A DNA stretch of 64,000 nt from Macrostomum lignano. Lineage: Eukaryota. The notes below the pieces were generated by a model. That model was given only the letters and a program-made list of their open reading frames with translations. It was not told the origin of the DNA and did not search any database. The stretch lies in contig NIVC01003605.1 in NCBI GenBank assembly GCA_002269645.1, forward strand, positions 1-64,000, read 5' to 3'. The number at the start of each line of letters is the position of its first letter. The first letter of the stretch is position 1. Shown here piece after piece: positions 1 through 12,637 of this stretch. Both the position numbers and the translations under genes were made by a program.

Positions 1-16
1 GATGAAGATGCTACAG

Positions 17-101
17 GTGCCAACCGCAGTCAGGTCACGGTGGGAATCTGGAATCTGCTGATGAACTTCGACTGCAGACCTTCTCCTGCTCCGTGTGGAA
101 G
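17..101 (+). CDS. Internal exon of unidentified gene (gene A), partial
   Basis: ctacag| acceptor and AAG|gtgagg donor; open frame CQPQSGHGGNLESADELRLQTFSCSVWK ends in phase 0, matching the next exon. The 5' boundary is uncertain. Confidence 0.45.
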
Positions 102-109
102 GTGAGGAT

Positions 110-590
110 TGCATGCAGCGATTCTGCGGGCGGATGGCAGCGATTCTGCAGCGATTCTGAGGTGGATGGCAAGCGATTCTGCCGGGCGGATGGCAGCGAT
201 TCTGCAGCGATTCTAGAGGGCGGATGGCAGCGATTCTAGAGGCGGATGGCAGCGATTCTAGAGGGCGGATGGCAGTGATTCTGCAGCGATTCTAGAGGGC
301 GGGGCAGTGATTTAGAGGGCGGATGCAGCGATTCTAGAGGGCGGATGGCAGCGATTTTAGAGGAAGGTGATTAGAGAGCGGATGAAGGGGATTAGAGGGC
401 GGATGAAGGTGATTAGAGAGCGATACAGGTGATAAGAGGGAGGATGAAGGTTATTTGGGATGGGAATGAAGGTGATGTTGTAGATGATAAAAGGCGGATG
501 AAGGTGATTGGAGGTCAAATGAAGGTGATTAGAGGCGGATGAAGGTGATTCTAGGGGCAGATAAAGGTGATATTATAGGGCGGATGAATG
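110..590. repeat. Degenerate 20-23-bp tandem repeat
   Basis: GCGATTCTAGAGGGCGGATGGCA grading into GAAGGTGATTAGAGGGCGGAT. Confidence 0.85.
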
Positions 591-680
591 TGATAAAATG
601 TGGTGAAAATTAGAATTCTTCTATTCTATAATAAGGGAGCACGCAGATAATTGATGACTTGAAAAACCGCCCTACCGCAG

Positions 681-794
681 GCGGATGCACGGGCCGTACC
701 TCAGCTGGTGCCGCTGTTCAAGTCCACAGCAAAGTTTGTCACGGACTCCCTTGGCTACTGCTGCCCCAATATGCCGCTGTCCGAGTTTGAACGG
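681..794 (+). CDS. Gene A exon (ADARAVPQLVPLFKSTAKFVTDSLGYCCPNMPLSEFER)
   Basis: ccgcag| acceptor and CGG|gtaata donor; 114 nt, phase 0-0, open frame. Confidence 0.65.
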
Positions 795-953
795 GTAATA
801 ACTGTTATTAGATATTTTGTATTTGAGTAATAACTGTCTTGTCACATTTTTAAACCCCACATCTACTATCCATTGATACCTCAACACTGCAGGGCGGGCC
901 TACAGCCTTGTTAAGCCGGCTTTTCTGTTGCTTTTGGAGTTTCTGCGACTCAG

Positions 954-1009
954 GCAGACTCAGGCCTGCTGCCTGCCAAGCTGCAATGTCTCGACGAGAC
1001 CGCGGTTGA
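954..1009 (+). CDS. Gene A exon (ADSGLLPAKLQCLDETAV)
   Basis: T-rich tract ending gactcag| acceptor and GA|gtgagt donor; phase 0-2. Confidence 0.55.
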
Positions 1010-1458
1010 GTGAGTTCTGAATTATTGTCTGTAGTAGTTGTAAGCACACTCGGTTGTTTTCATATTCCACAGAAAATGCTAGATTGTACCACAGATACTG
1101 GAATAACTAGATAGCCACTCATCTTATTTGCGTGTAAGCTACTTTCAGTTGAGTAGTAAGATAAACAGAAGTATTTTAATATATTTTTAAAGTCAAGGCT
1201 CATTTTATTGGCTCTTACCCCCCAGCCTAAACCCTCCAAAACGCGCCTTTCCACACAACCGCCCCACCACGCCCAATTCTTATTACGAGCTATATTGCTT
1301 TTATATAAAATAGCTGATGTATTCTTATTTGCTAGTGAACTGAAAGTTGACAGCTGTTTTAATTGCCTGAGTGGCCTATCTTATTATTTTAGTATCTGTG
1401 ACTTGTACTGGTCTGTAAGTTCGTAATCTTAGAGCAAGGCTTTAAAGGACTAAACAAT

Positions 1459-1508
1459 GATAGATAGTTAGATAGATATATAGATAGATGGATGGATAGA
1501 TAGATAGT

Positions 1509-1597
<89 letters not shown>
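1459..1597. repeat. (GATA)n microsatellite
   Basis: Read directly. Confidence 0.97.
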
Positions 1598-1699
1598 GTG
1601 ATCAGCTGCTGCAGCCTCGATGCGACAACGACAGAAAGCAAATCGAAACTCTCAACGGTCTCCAAGCTCGTTCGATACGGACGGACAAGACAGGCAGGC

Positions 1700-1734
1700 A
1701 AACAGACAGACAGATAGTCACAACAGACGGAGAC

Positions 1735-1784
<50 letters not shown>

Positions 1785-1821
1785 GGACAGACAGACAGAC
1801 AGTCACAACAGACGAAGACAC

Positions 1822-1866
<45 letters not shown>

Positions 1867-1884
1867 GTCACAACAGACGAAGAC

Positions 1885-1927
<43 letters not shown>

Positions 1928-2030
1928 GTCACAACAGACGAAGACACAGATAGACAGACAGACAGACAGAAAGACAGTCACAAAAGACGAAGACACAGAC
2001 AGACAGACAGACAGGCAGACAGACAGACAG
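1700..2030. repeat. (GACA)n with interspersed GTCACAACAGACGAAGACAC units
   Basis: Read directly. Confidence 0.95.
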
Positions 2031-2086
2031 AAATGCAGACACCCAGAATGCCATTCAGCGCCAGAGAATCCCACTCACTCCGCCAG

Positions 2087-2290
2087 CCTGTCATTCGTGG
2101 CAATGAGCCGCACCGGAGCTGCCGCAGCCCTCCGGCGCGTGTCGGTTCGAATCTCCCTGCCGGACTTCAATCGGTTTTTCTCCGCCTCCGGTTCGGACTC
2201 TGCCGGCCTCGCAACCGAGGAGTCTCATCACAAGGATTTTAGCGTGGCCGTCACTCAGTGGGCTGTCGGAGGACTGTTCGACTTGGTGGA
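2087..2290 (+). CDS. Gene A exon (LSFVAMSRTG...QWAVGGLFDLV)
   Basis: ccgccag| acceptor and GA|gtgagt donor; phase 2-2; GC-rich open frame. Confidence 0.7.
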
Positions 2291-2308
2291 GTGAGTTGCT
2301 GTGCGGCT

Positions 2309-2884
2309 TGGGTCATTGTGACTCATGATTGAGCACCATGCTGTAATCAGTCACTGGGTCATTGTGACTCATGATTGAGCACCATGCTGTAACCAGTCAC
2401 TGGTCATTGTGACTCATGATTGAGCACCATGCTGTAACCAGTCACTGGGTCATTGTGACTCATGATTGAGCACCATGCTGTAACCAGTCACTGGGTCATT
2501 GTGACTCATGATTGAGCACCATGCTGTAACCAGTCACTGGGTCATTGTGACTCATGATTGAGCACCATGCTGTAACCAGTCACTGGGTCATTGTGACTCA
2601 TGATTGAGCACCATGCTGTAACCAGTCACTGGGTCATTGTGACTCATGATTGAGCACCATGCTGTAACCAGTCACTGGGTCATTGTGACTCATGATTGAG
2701 CACCATGCTGTAACCAGTCACTGGGTCATTGTGACTCATGATTGAGCACCATGCTGTAACCAGTCACTGGGTCATTGTGACTCATGATTGAGCACCATGC
2801 TGTAACCAGTCACTGGGTCATTGTGACTCATGATTGAGCACTATGCTGTAACCAGTCACTGGTCATTGTGACTCATGATTGATC
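2309..2884. repeat. 46-bp minisatellite, about 12.5 copies
   Basis: GGTCATTGTGACTCATGATTGAGCACCATGCTGTAACCAGTCACTG. Confidence 0.97.
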
Positions 2885-2953
2885 ATAGTTCTAATGGTAG
2901 ATCATAAAATTTACAACAACTTAATAACAAATCATAATTTTCATTAATTCCAG

Positions 2954-3065
2954 TTGCCAGGCTCTGCAGTCCCGGTTGGCAGAGAGGATTAACCAGGACC
3001 GAACGTTTTTCCTCACCGGAGCCTATGCCGCTTGTCAAGAGTTTTTCGATGAGATAAATGTCTGA
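2954..3065 (+). CDS. Gene A terminal exon (CQALQSRLAERINQDRTFFLTGAYAACQEFFDEINV*)
   Basis: aattccag| acceptor, phase 2 consistent with the previous exon, TGA at 3063-3065. Confidence 0.7.
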
Positions 3066-3904
3066 CGGGATGTCGAGTCGCTGTCTGCACTACTAACATT
3101 TCAAAACCAAGTCAGTAGTATTTTTCTTTATTTTTGTTTATGGGATTAATAATTGTTTCTAACATTTATAAACTCGGTAATGCATTATATACAACTTTAT
3201 TTTTTATGTCCAGCATTTTTCTACTAACTAATCACTGCTATCTGCTGCCTTGCAGTAGTATAAGGTGCTTTTTCTGTTATTTTTCTATCTGCTCTGTAAA
3301 AAATCGCTTATCATTTTGTAATATCTTGTGTATTGTTGCATTAATAATAATTCAATTTATTTCAAGTTTTGTAAATGACGATGCTGAAATTCTGCTTTTT
3401 TGTTTTCATTTTTCTATTCCCATCCTTATATTTGTCACAGAAGTGGGGGATTCGAATTTTAAGCGACTGCGAAGCTAAATGGAACTTCAAAGTGGCCCTT
3501 TTATTGGCTTTTCAGCCAATTAGCCAAAATTGTCTTTGGCTGCAAGATACGGCTTGCTGCAGTGTTTCGCTTGGCAATTAAAAGCCGAGTCAGTTTATTT
3601 TTAGGCCCATGTTGTCCCCAGTTTGTCTAATTTGCGTGCGTATGAATTCCGATCTGTTTATTAAAGTGTTCAGCTGCGGGGCCTGGCACTGCTATATGCA
3701 TCTGGGCGCTGGAATATCGCTCTTCCGCGTTCTAATTTGGGCTGTTGTTGCCGCTTTCAGGCCCCGAAATGACCGCCCCATGGGCTGCTTGCTGGCGCTA
3801 AAACTGTAATATTGGCCTCAGCTTCAATACGGGACTGGAGAAATTACATTTCAGCACTTCATCCTGTTGCTTGGATTGTTTTCCTGGCTCAGGTGGACGG
3901 CTTC

Positions 3905-4386
3905 TTCATTCCCCTCTGCATTCGGGGACTGCTGATTCTTCATTCCCTCTGCATTCAGGGACTGCTGATTCTCCATTCCGCTCTGCATTCAGGGACTGCT
4001 GATTCTTCATTCCCCTCTGCATTCAGGGACTGCTGATTCTTCAATCCGCTCTGCATTCAGGGACTGCTGATTCTTCATTCCGCTCTGCATTCAGGGACTG
4101 CTGATTCTTCATTCCGCTCTGCATTCAGGGACTGCTGATTCTTCATTCCGCTCTGCATTCAGGAACTGCTGATTCTTCATTCCGCTCTGCATTCAGGGAC
4201 TGCTGATTCTTCATTCCCCTCTGCATTCAGGGACTGCTGATTCTTCATTCCCCTCTGCATTCAGGGACTGCTGATTCTTCATTCCCCTCTGCATTCAGGG
4301 ACTGCTGATTCTTCATTCCCCTCTGCATTCAGGGACTGCTGATTCTTCATTCCGCTCTGCATTCAGGGACTGCTGATTCTTCATTT
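3905..4386. repeat. 34-bp minisatellite, about 14 copies
   Basis: CAGGGACTGCTGATTCTTCATTCCGCTCTGCATT. Confidence 0.97.
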
Positions 4387-5090
4387 TGCCCTCATTCATG
4401 GATATCTTACATGCAAAATTTCAGTCATTTAGTAAAAGGAACACTAGCATCGATTCTTACATGCAGTGACGCACACACACAAAGCGGCAAGGCGATTCGG
4501 CATTCGCTTAATTGCAGTCGAATTCTGTCTTTATCTCCGAGGCCGACTGCTCAGCCCAGGATTGCCTTGCCTCGAGCCAGCTATTAAAAAATCTATCTCT
4601 AGGCATATTCATTTCCATAGGCTGTAAGCGCAATTATTGCTGCACTGCTCTGGGCCGCTGAGTGGCTGCCCAGACCGAGCTGTCTATCGGTCCGTGATTG
4701 AGGACAATCGGATGCGACGGCCTGCAGGCTGAGATGTTCATCATGGCCCGATTGCGTGGCTGTCTGCCTGCGTGGCCACAGTTCGTTCCTTGGTCCAGGA
4801 AATTCCCCCTGGGGGACGGAGAGGGGCTGAGAGCTCCTGTCCGGCCACGCGAGATCCCTCTATATCGGATTATTCCTTTTTATTAGCGAGTGCACTATTC
4901 TGGCTTGTATCTGCTGTTGGATTGTCCCAGATTTCAGCCGCAAACTCTGGCCGATTCAGCAAATTGTTAATGAATTGTCGCTTATCCCAACTGCGAGCGA
5001 TTCAACTGCATGAGATTTTCACTGTGGCTCGGCAGAGACAGACAGACTAAGCACTGAGACATGCATAGACAGACAGACTTATTTTAGCGC

Positions 5091-5555
5091 CGCAGACACT
5101 CATTTTAGCGCCGCAGACACTCATTTTAGCGCCGCAGGCACTCATTTTAGCGCCGCAGACACTCATTTTAGCGCCGCAGACACTCATTTTAGCGCCGCAG
5201 ACACTCATTTTAGCGCCGCAGACACTCATTTTAGCGCCGCAGGCACTCATTTTGGCACTGCAGGCACTCATTTTGGCACTGCAGGCACTCATTTTGGCAC
5301 TACAGGCACTCATTTTGGCACTGCAGGCACTCATTTTGGCACTGCAGGTACTCATTTTGGCGCCGCAGGCACTCATTTTGGCGCCGCAGGCACTCATTTT
5401 GGCGCCGCAGGCACTCATTTAAGCACCGCAGACAAAAAATGATTTGAAGAACGCGGTCACACAGTGGGGTGGGGTGACAAAGCATTGGCATGTTCCCCCA
5501 TAGCTTTTACTGGGGGGGGGGCATGTCCGGCCCCCTTCCGGTGGTGACGGCCTTG
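5091..5555 (+). mobile_element. MITE-like family copy 1 (5'-truncated, about 16 x 21-bp units)
   Basis: TTTTAGCGCCGCAG(A/G)CACTCA array followed by a GACAAAGCATTGGCAT tail and a degenerate terminus shared with the other copies. Confidence 0.6.
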
Positions 5556-6929
5556 GACATACACAGTTAAATAAATAAATTACATTGTATTGTGGGTATG
5601 TAACTGTACAAGTAAACAGTTAAATTGACCTTTCCCCAAAAGCGCTGGCATCGTATAAAAAAGTTGGGAAAGGGCATTCGAGTCTTGAAATTTCATATAA
5701 CTCGTACACCCCAAATAACTACTCGCTGACCTTTGATTAGAAATCTTCATCAAAGGATCGTGCTTTGCCACATGATGATCGGGATTCACGGGAACAAAGG
5801 CTGTCGAATCCGTTATATTGAAATATTCCAGTTGAAGAAGAAAATATTACGAACGAAGGAGCGTTGAGAACAGAGTCAGAGGGGCGCGAGCCAGGCTCCC
5901 GCCTCCGATCTCCCCCCGTATAACTACTGAAGCCGCATCGCATTCTTTATCTCACCTGCTGTCCGGTTCCCCCTCTTTTACTGCACGCAGTGCTCAGGTA
6001 GGACAGACATGCAGTTCTCCATAGCTAATGTAGCCAACCCTGCTTTTAGTCCTCGCTACTCGTGTGCTCATTAATTATTGAGGACAGCACGGTATATAGC
6101 TACTGGTTTACCGGTCTGGGGGAATCTAGCTATATCTGTAGAGCCCTGCAGGACCGAGTTGCTGTGCTCAGCGAAAAGATTTATAAGCCCGGATACCTGC
6201 ACAATTAGCTGCCTCTGTGCATGCATAAGCGATTATTTGAAAAAAGTACAAATTTAAATTTATGGATATTGGAGAGCAGAGCTGCAGCTCACATATCGCT
6301 GTCGCGGATTTCTTAGTCAGTCCTTCAGTTCATCTGCACTCGTCTCTGTTTTTCTCTCTCTCTGTCCAGTTCAACCCAGTAAATCTTATCTCTCTCCCTC
6401 GCTGCCTTCTGATTGGCTGTTCGCTCTTGCCTCTTTCCTCTGTCGGGCACCCCACCCCTCCTTTTCTTATCTGCACCCAACCCCTCCCGTTAATGACTTA
6501 ATCTACCCGCTTATGCCCTGCGCATTTTTTGACGGTTGTCGATCAAAAAAGGACGTGTTGAGCTTCACACACTGAAATTCACCACTTTGTCGAATTCGCA
6601 GAGAATAAATTCAACTTGTTTTCTATGAGCAGGCAGTATACTTTTTCTTAGCTTGCCTTTTTGCGATGCTTTCATTCCCCGAAGTACCCGCGGCAGGATT
6701 CAAGCTGGTCAGCTGCTGCTCACCCCCTGCCCCTGCTCCGGAGTCCCCTGCTCAGCGCAGCTGCCTTCAGGCAAACTTTCCCCAACCAGCTCCCTTCTGG
6801 CTTCCTGCTCAGTCCTCGGCTGCTTCTTTACACACTGCCTGCCTGCCAGCCTACCTGCCTAATTAGTTAGCGGGAACGTGCCCCATCTCCCCCGGCTCTC
6901 AGCATCCTCCACAGTGTCCGGCCTGTCCA

Positions 6930-6933
<4 letters not shown>

Positions 6934-6997
<64 letters not shown>
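6934..6997. repeat. (CT)n
   Basis: Read directly. Confidence 0.97.
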
Positions 6998-6998
<1 letters not shown>

Positions 6999-7555
6999 AG
7001 CATCGGCCGGGATCAAGGCTCGGCCACCGATGTCTGCTGACTCTTAATTAACAAAGGTGCGCGAAAAACTTTTATTTTTAATATGAAACTAATCACAAGG
7101 AGTGAGTATGCAATATTATATTCAGGGGATTGCAGCCTCAGAGCGTCAGTCCGGAACTCGAATCTGCGACTCCTGCATGCACTGACGCTGAAAAAAGTAG
7201 AAAATCACTCACTTGCAAATATGGCAAGCTGGGCGACCCTTGGGGGGAGGGGGGTGGGGGATTAAAGCGCGTGGACTCAAGCTGTGTGAGAACCCGAGCT
7301 GCGAGGCCTTCGTTGTGCTGGACTCCTGCCCCCATGCATCCTGCTTCCTTCCTTGTGCTGGGTTTCGAGCGGGCACTCGTGTGTCTCTAGGAGCAGCTTG
7401 CCGAGTCCCCTCACTATTATTCATCCAAACAATTTTAATCCTTGGGAACGGGTCGCTCTGCATCGGGATCCTGGCTGTTTATGCTCAAGGTGCTGGCTTC
7501 GTATTGGAGATTAAGGATACGGTGCTTGAGAAGGAGTGACCACACTGTTATCACT

Positions 7556-7998
7556 GCTAGGGCAGCAGTGGAGGGTAATTGAGGAGGGGAGAGAGGGCAG
7601 CAGTGGAGGGTAATTGAGGAGGGGAGAGAGGGCAGCAGTGGAGGGTAATTGAGGAGGGGAGAGAGGGCAGCAGTGGAGGGTAATTGAGGAGGGGAGAGAG
7701 GGCAGCAGTGGAGGGTATTGAGGAGGGGAGAGAGGGCAGCAGTGGAGGGTGATTGCGGAGGGGAGAGAGGGCAGCAGTGGAGGGTGATTGCGGAGGGGAG
7801 AGAGGGCAGCAGTGGAGGGTGATTGCGGAGGGGAGAGAGGGCAGCAGTGGAGGGTGATTGCGGAGGGGAGAGAGGGCAGCAGTGGAGGGTGATTGCGGAG
7901 GGAGAGAGGAGCAGTGGAGGGTGATTGCGGAGGGGAGAGAAGGCAGCAGTGGAGGGTGATTGCGAAGGGGATAGAGGGAAGCAGTGGAGGGTGATTGA
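7556..7998. repeat. 35-bp purine-rich minisatellite, about 12 copies
   Basis: GGCAGCAGTGGAGGGTGATTGCGGAGGGGAGAGAG. Confidence 0.96.
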
Positions 7999-10427
7999 GG
8001 CGGCAATATGATTGAAACTTATCAAATTGGTCATCAAAATGTAAATGCTCAAAATTCCAAGGAATATTTAATGTAGTTGAAAATTATAATTATTTTCCAA
8101 AATCGAATCCCAGGTAGGCAAAGGCGCAATCAGACGCGAATCTGGCATCGCAAAGAGAATTTCTGCAATATTCCTAGCCTGAGATCTGCCCGCTGCCCCA
8201 TCATTGCGGCGCAGCTGCCGTCCGTTCGGTGGCTTTCTTTGATGAATTGATTTCTTCTGCTGTTTCAGTTTGAAAAGGCAAGAAAGACAGCAGGGAAAGG
8301 GAGAGCTGGAGCAGAGCACACGCGGTTCAAGACAGCTCAGTGGATTTTTTACTGAAGAGAATCTGCTCTTCTATGCTGCTATCATCACCATCAGCCTGCT
8401 CCCGGCTCTCCCTCATCTCCTTATTTTCCTTTTGACGCGAGCTGCGACACAATTCCCCCGTTTCGCCTTCGCCACCCCTCCAGGTCCGCCGCCCTTCTCT
8501 CGGCCATTCTGTCCGCTCCCATGGGGTGAGGGAGAACTGTGGGGGGGGACTGCAGGACGCCCTCTGAGCAAATGCAGCTGAGGCAGGGTCGGTCGGCTGT
8601 TGTTGAATTCGAGGCCTGGGGTTGGACACCGCCCAGAGCCAGTCCTGGCGGCGGTCCCCCCACCCCAGGCCTCGCAAATCGTGCGTCGCCGAAGCCTATG
8701 AAAGCCCAGCCGCTGCTCCGGGGGCTCCGACTGCAACCGGCGGACACTTTGACAGTTTGATAGGCTGACAGCCCTGGGGTGACTCTGTTTTCAATAAAAC
8801 TCTCTCAGCCGTCTGCAGGGCAGCCAACCGGAGACTGAGGCAGCTACACTGCTGAAGAGCAGCCGTGAGCTACTGCCGCGGCAAAGTCACTCCTTGCTTC
8901 AGACGCCGATAAATATTTTTTGCGTAAGTTTCTTCCCACATCGCAGTAAACAGGCTGGTCCGGAAATCTTTTTCTCTGAAACAACTTTCCCTCACAGAAT
9001 AGGCAGGTCCCGCTGCCCACCCGGCATGTTCAAAAGCAGTTTAGACTTTTAGGCCATCCCAGCTGCCACCCCCCGCCTGCCCGTTAAATATACAATAATC
9101 CAGTCTAGCGCGTGTTTGCCAAATACACTCTCCATGGCAACGGTTTCTCTTGCCGTCTCTCTCTCTCCCTGCGTCCCTCTCTCTCGCCAGATTCCTCAGT
9201 CACCTCAGTCGGGTAGGTGGGGAGGCTGCAGTGCAGGCCCAGGTGCGACTTAGGCGGGGCAGCAGCTGATGCAGCAAAATGATTGCATTTATAGGGGAAA
9301 CTTGCAGCGAATACTGCGACCGCCCACCCCAAAATCGCAGCCTCCTCTCTTTGAGTCGCCTTCTGGCTTCCTTCTCCCCGCGCCTGCCTGCAGTCAATAA
9401 GCAGTTTGTTGAGTTATAATAGTGCAATTCCTTTGCAAACAGGAGTTCTGCTTCTCGTGAGCCCTTTTTTGTCTCTTAAGTTTTTCTCCTTTGTATTTCT
9501 TGTCTTTCCGCCCAGATTAGTGTACCACGCACCCGTTGAAATGAAAGCCAATTGGTCTCTAAATCTGCTTTCGCTGAAGTTTTCGCAGCTAAGGGCTGGC
9601 CTTTGACTTTTTTAGATAAAGAGGCAGGGGCTCCCTGGCGCACTTTAAGCGACATTGTCACACTTTAACCGGCGAGAGCCATTACTGCCCACTCCGCCGA
9701 CGCCTCTGAGAAGGCACACACACAGGCACAAAATCACACAGGAGTGTACAGCGGCCCTAACTTTACCTTAATCGCTAAGCATGTTCACTTCCCTGTGCCT
9801 TGGGGATTGGCCCAAGCCGAGATTCCAATTTAGCCCCAAAATAATGCGACTGCACTTGGAATCGAGCCTGGCCATAGACAGTTGCATTCCGTAATTTTCC
9901 CCTGCGACTGTCCCTTCCAGATGCTGAGATTTGGCAGTCTTTTCCCAGACTCAGTCATAGAGTTCTAAACAATGGCATCTGAAGTAAAGTGTAAAAAATG
10001 TAAAAAGCAGTGATTGCTACAGAAAATGAGAAACTTTGCCCCATGTGATGAATCAGGAAAAGTAGTCTCAAATCCATCCAGAGTCGGCTCAGTGTACTGG
10101 TGTATCAGCAAAACAGAAAGATGGCTCACTGTATAAAGCAACAGCATATGATTATCGGCATTTTGAAATGCCAGAGCTGATGCCCCGGGTCCCCGGAGAG
10201 CCCAGTGAAGCCGCTGTATAGTCCAGCCTCGTGAGCCATCTTGTGGTTTTCACAGCTCTGCTTGCCAGGCGCCAGGGATGTGGGGGAGACTGAGGGGGTT
10301 GAGATAGATGAGGATGAACTACAGTTTTTAAGAGAGATAATGGAATATGAGGGGTAGAATTGAGTGCGTGAGAGCAGAGATGAGAGAGAGGTGAGAGCGA
10401 AGATATGAGATAAGGAGAGGGAACAAA

Positions 10428-10635
10428 AGAGCCATGAGAGTGAAGAAGAGAGAGCCATGAGAGTGAAGAAGAGAGAGCCATGAGATTGAAGAAGAGAGAG
10501 CCATGAGAGTGAAGAAGAGAGAGCCATGAGAGTGACGAAGAGAGAGCCATGAGAGTGAAGAAGAGAGAGCCATGAGAGTGAAGAAGAGAGAGCCATGAGA
10601 TTGAAGAAGAGAGAGCCGTGAGATTGAAGAAGAGA
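10428..10635. repeat. 24-bp purine-rich minisatellite
   Basis: AGAGCCATGAGAGTGAAGAAGAGA. Confidence 0.93.
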
Positions 10636-11159
10636 ATTGTGGAGAGTGGAGAAAAGAGGGTTGAGAGTGGAGAAGTGAGAGAGGGAGAGTAGAGATGAGA
10701 TAGGCGAAGGAAGAGAGGGAGATTGGAGACAGAGGTGGAGAAGAGAGTCAAAGCAGACGACAGGAAGCGGAAGTCAGTTGTTAGGCACAGAAAATCCCGT
10801 CAGAGGGAGAACGGGAAGTGACGGAGAGGTTGCCAGGGGAAGTGCAGCAGGCACAAGTTCAGCAATTTTTGTCAATATTTTGGATTTCATGCTAATTTTC
10901 TTTTACCCCAGATGAAAATGCAGCATAAGCAGCGAGCTTTGAAAATAGGAGTTCTTGCATCGAAATTGCACGAGGTCACAACACAGGTGTAAATTCCAAT
11001 CTCGGAACTCCAATCTTAATTTCGAATTCGAATACGCAGATACCAGAACTTAAGTCCCAATTTTGAGTCCAATAGCTGGATTTCCAACTACGAGTACAAA
11101 CCCAAAATTTGAATTCGGTTTTCTAAATCCCAAAAATTGCACCCCAAAATTCCTATCCA

Positions 11160-11765
11160 TATTCAAATTCTCAAATCCCATTTCTCAAATCCCATTTCTC
11201 AAATCCCAATTCCCAAATCCCTATTACCAAATCCAAAATCCAAAATCCAAAATCCCAATTGCCTAATCCGATTTCTCAAATCCCAATTCCCAAATCCCAA
11301 TTGCCTAATCCGATTTCTCAAATCCCAATTCCCAAATCCCAAATCCCAAATCCCGAATCCTAATTCCTAAATCCCAAATCCCAAATCCCAAATCCCGAAT
11401 CCTAATTCCTAAATCCCAAATCCCAAATCCCAAATCCCAAATCCCGAATCCCAATTTCCAAATCCCAAAAATCCAATCCCGAATCCCAAATCCTAATTCC
11501 TGAATCCCAAATCCCAAATCCCAAATCCATAATCCCAAATCCCGAATCCTAATTCCTAAATCCCAAATCCCAAATCCCAAATCCCGAATCCCAATTTCCA
11601 AATCCCAAAAATCTAATCCCGAATCCCAAATCCTAAATCCCGAATCCCAAATCCCAAATCCCAACTCTCAAATCCCGAATCCCAATTCTCAAATCCCGAA
11701 AAATCCAATCCTGAATCCCAAATCCCTATTACCAAATCCCAATTCCCAAATCCTAAATCCCACTT
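11160..11765. repeat. (AAATCCC)n-based degenerate array
   Basis: Read directly; ends about 95 bp upstream of the RasGRF ATG. Confidence 0.95.
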
Positions 11766-11858
11766 CCCACATTGCATTTTTCGAGTCCTAACTACCCGAT
11801 TATCCGCAGACGCAGCTCAGAATCGCCAAGTCGCCAAACAGCAGCAGCAGCAGCAGTC

Positions 11859-12134
11859 ATGCAGAAGGCTATCCGAGTCAACGACTCCCAACTGCTGCAC
11901 CTGTCGCTGAAGGCCCGGTCAGGATCGGCCAGTCAGGCTGGCTGGCTGCACAAGCGCAGTCTGGACACGGGCAAGTGGCAGCTGCGCTACTTCGTGCTCT
12001 ACCAGAACCTTCTGTTCTACTACGACAGCGACAAGTCTGAGAAACCCTCCGGGGTCGCCCTGCTGGAAGGCTCCTACTGCGACAAGTATCTGTCGCTCAA
12101 ACAGGTTGACAGGACTGAGAGACAGCAGTATGCG
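11859..12134 (+). CDS. RASGRF: RasGRF exon 1 (start, PH1)
   Basis: MQKAIRVND...WLHKRSLDTGKWQLRYFVLYQNLLFYY matches the RasGRF1 N-terminus (MQKAIRLND...); GCG|gtaagt donor. Confidence 0.95.
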
Positions 12135-12221
12135 GTAAGTCCGGCTGGTGGGCTGTTAGACAATGGTTAGAGATCTGTTAGACAGGAGTTTTAAGTCTGC
12201 TCGACTGGGCAAGAGGCTTTA

Positions 12222-12637
12222 ATCACGACACATTCGCGTGTCTCCAAGGTCGCGCTGCTTTGTCAGGCAGGAATGATCACGCCACATTCGCGTGTCTCCA
12301 AGGTCGTGCTGCTTTGTCAGGCGGGAATGATCACGCCACATTCGCGTGTCTCCAAGGTCGTGCTGCTTTGCCAGGCGGGAATGATCACGCCACATTCGCG
12401 TGTCTCCAAGGTCGTGCTGCTTTGCCAGGCGGGAATGATCACGCCACATTCGCGTGTCTCCAAGGTCGTGCTGATTTATCAGGCGGGAATGATCACGCCA
12501 CATTCGCGTGTCTCCAAGGTCGTGCTGATTTATCAGGCGGGAATAATCACGCCACATTCGCGTGTCTCCAAGGTCGTTCTGCTCCAAGGTCGTGCTGATT
12601 TATCAGGCGGGAATAATCACGCCACATTCGCGTGTCT
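12222..12637. repeat. 54-bp minisatellite, about 7.5 copies
   Basis: AATGATCACGCCACATTCGCGTGTCTCCAAGGTCGTGCTGCTTTGCCAGGCGGG. Confidence 0.96.

Noticed and set aside
893-1009. Alternative acceptor at 893 for gene A
   Set aside because: In the required phase it ends in a stop at the donor; the acceptor at 954 has a better pyrimidine tract and keeps the frame.
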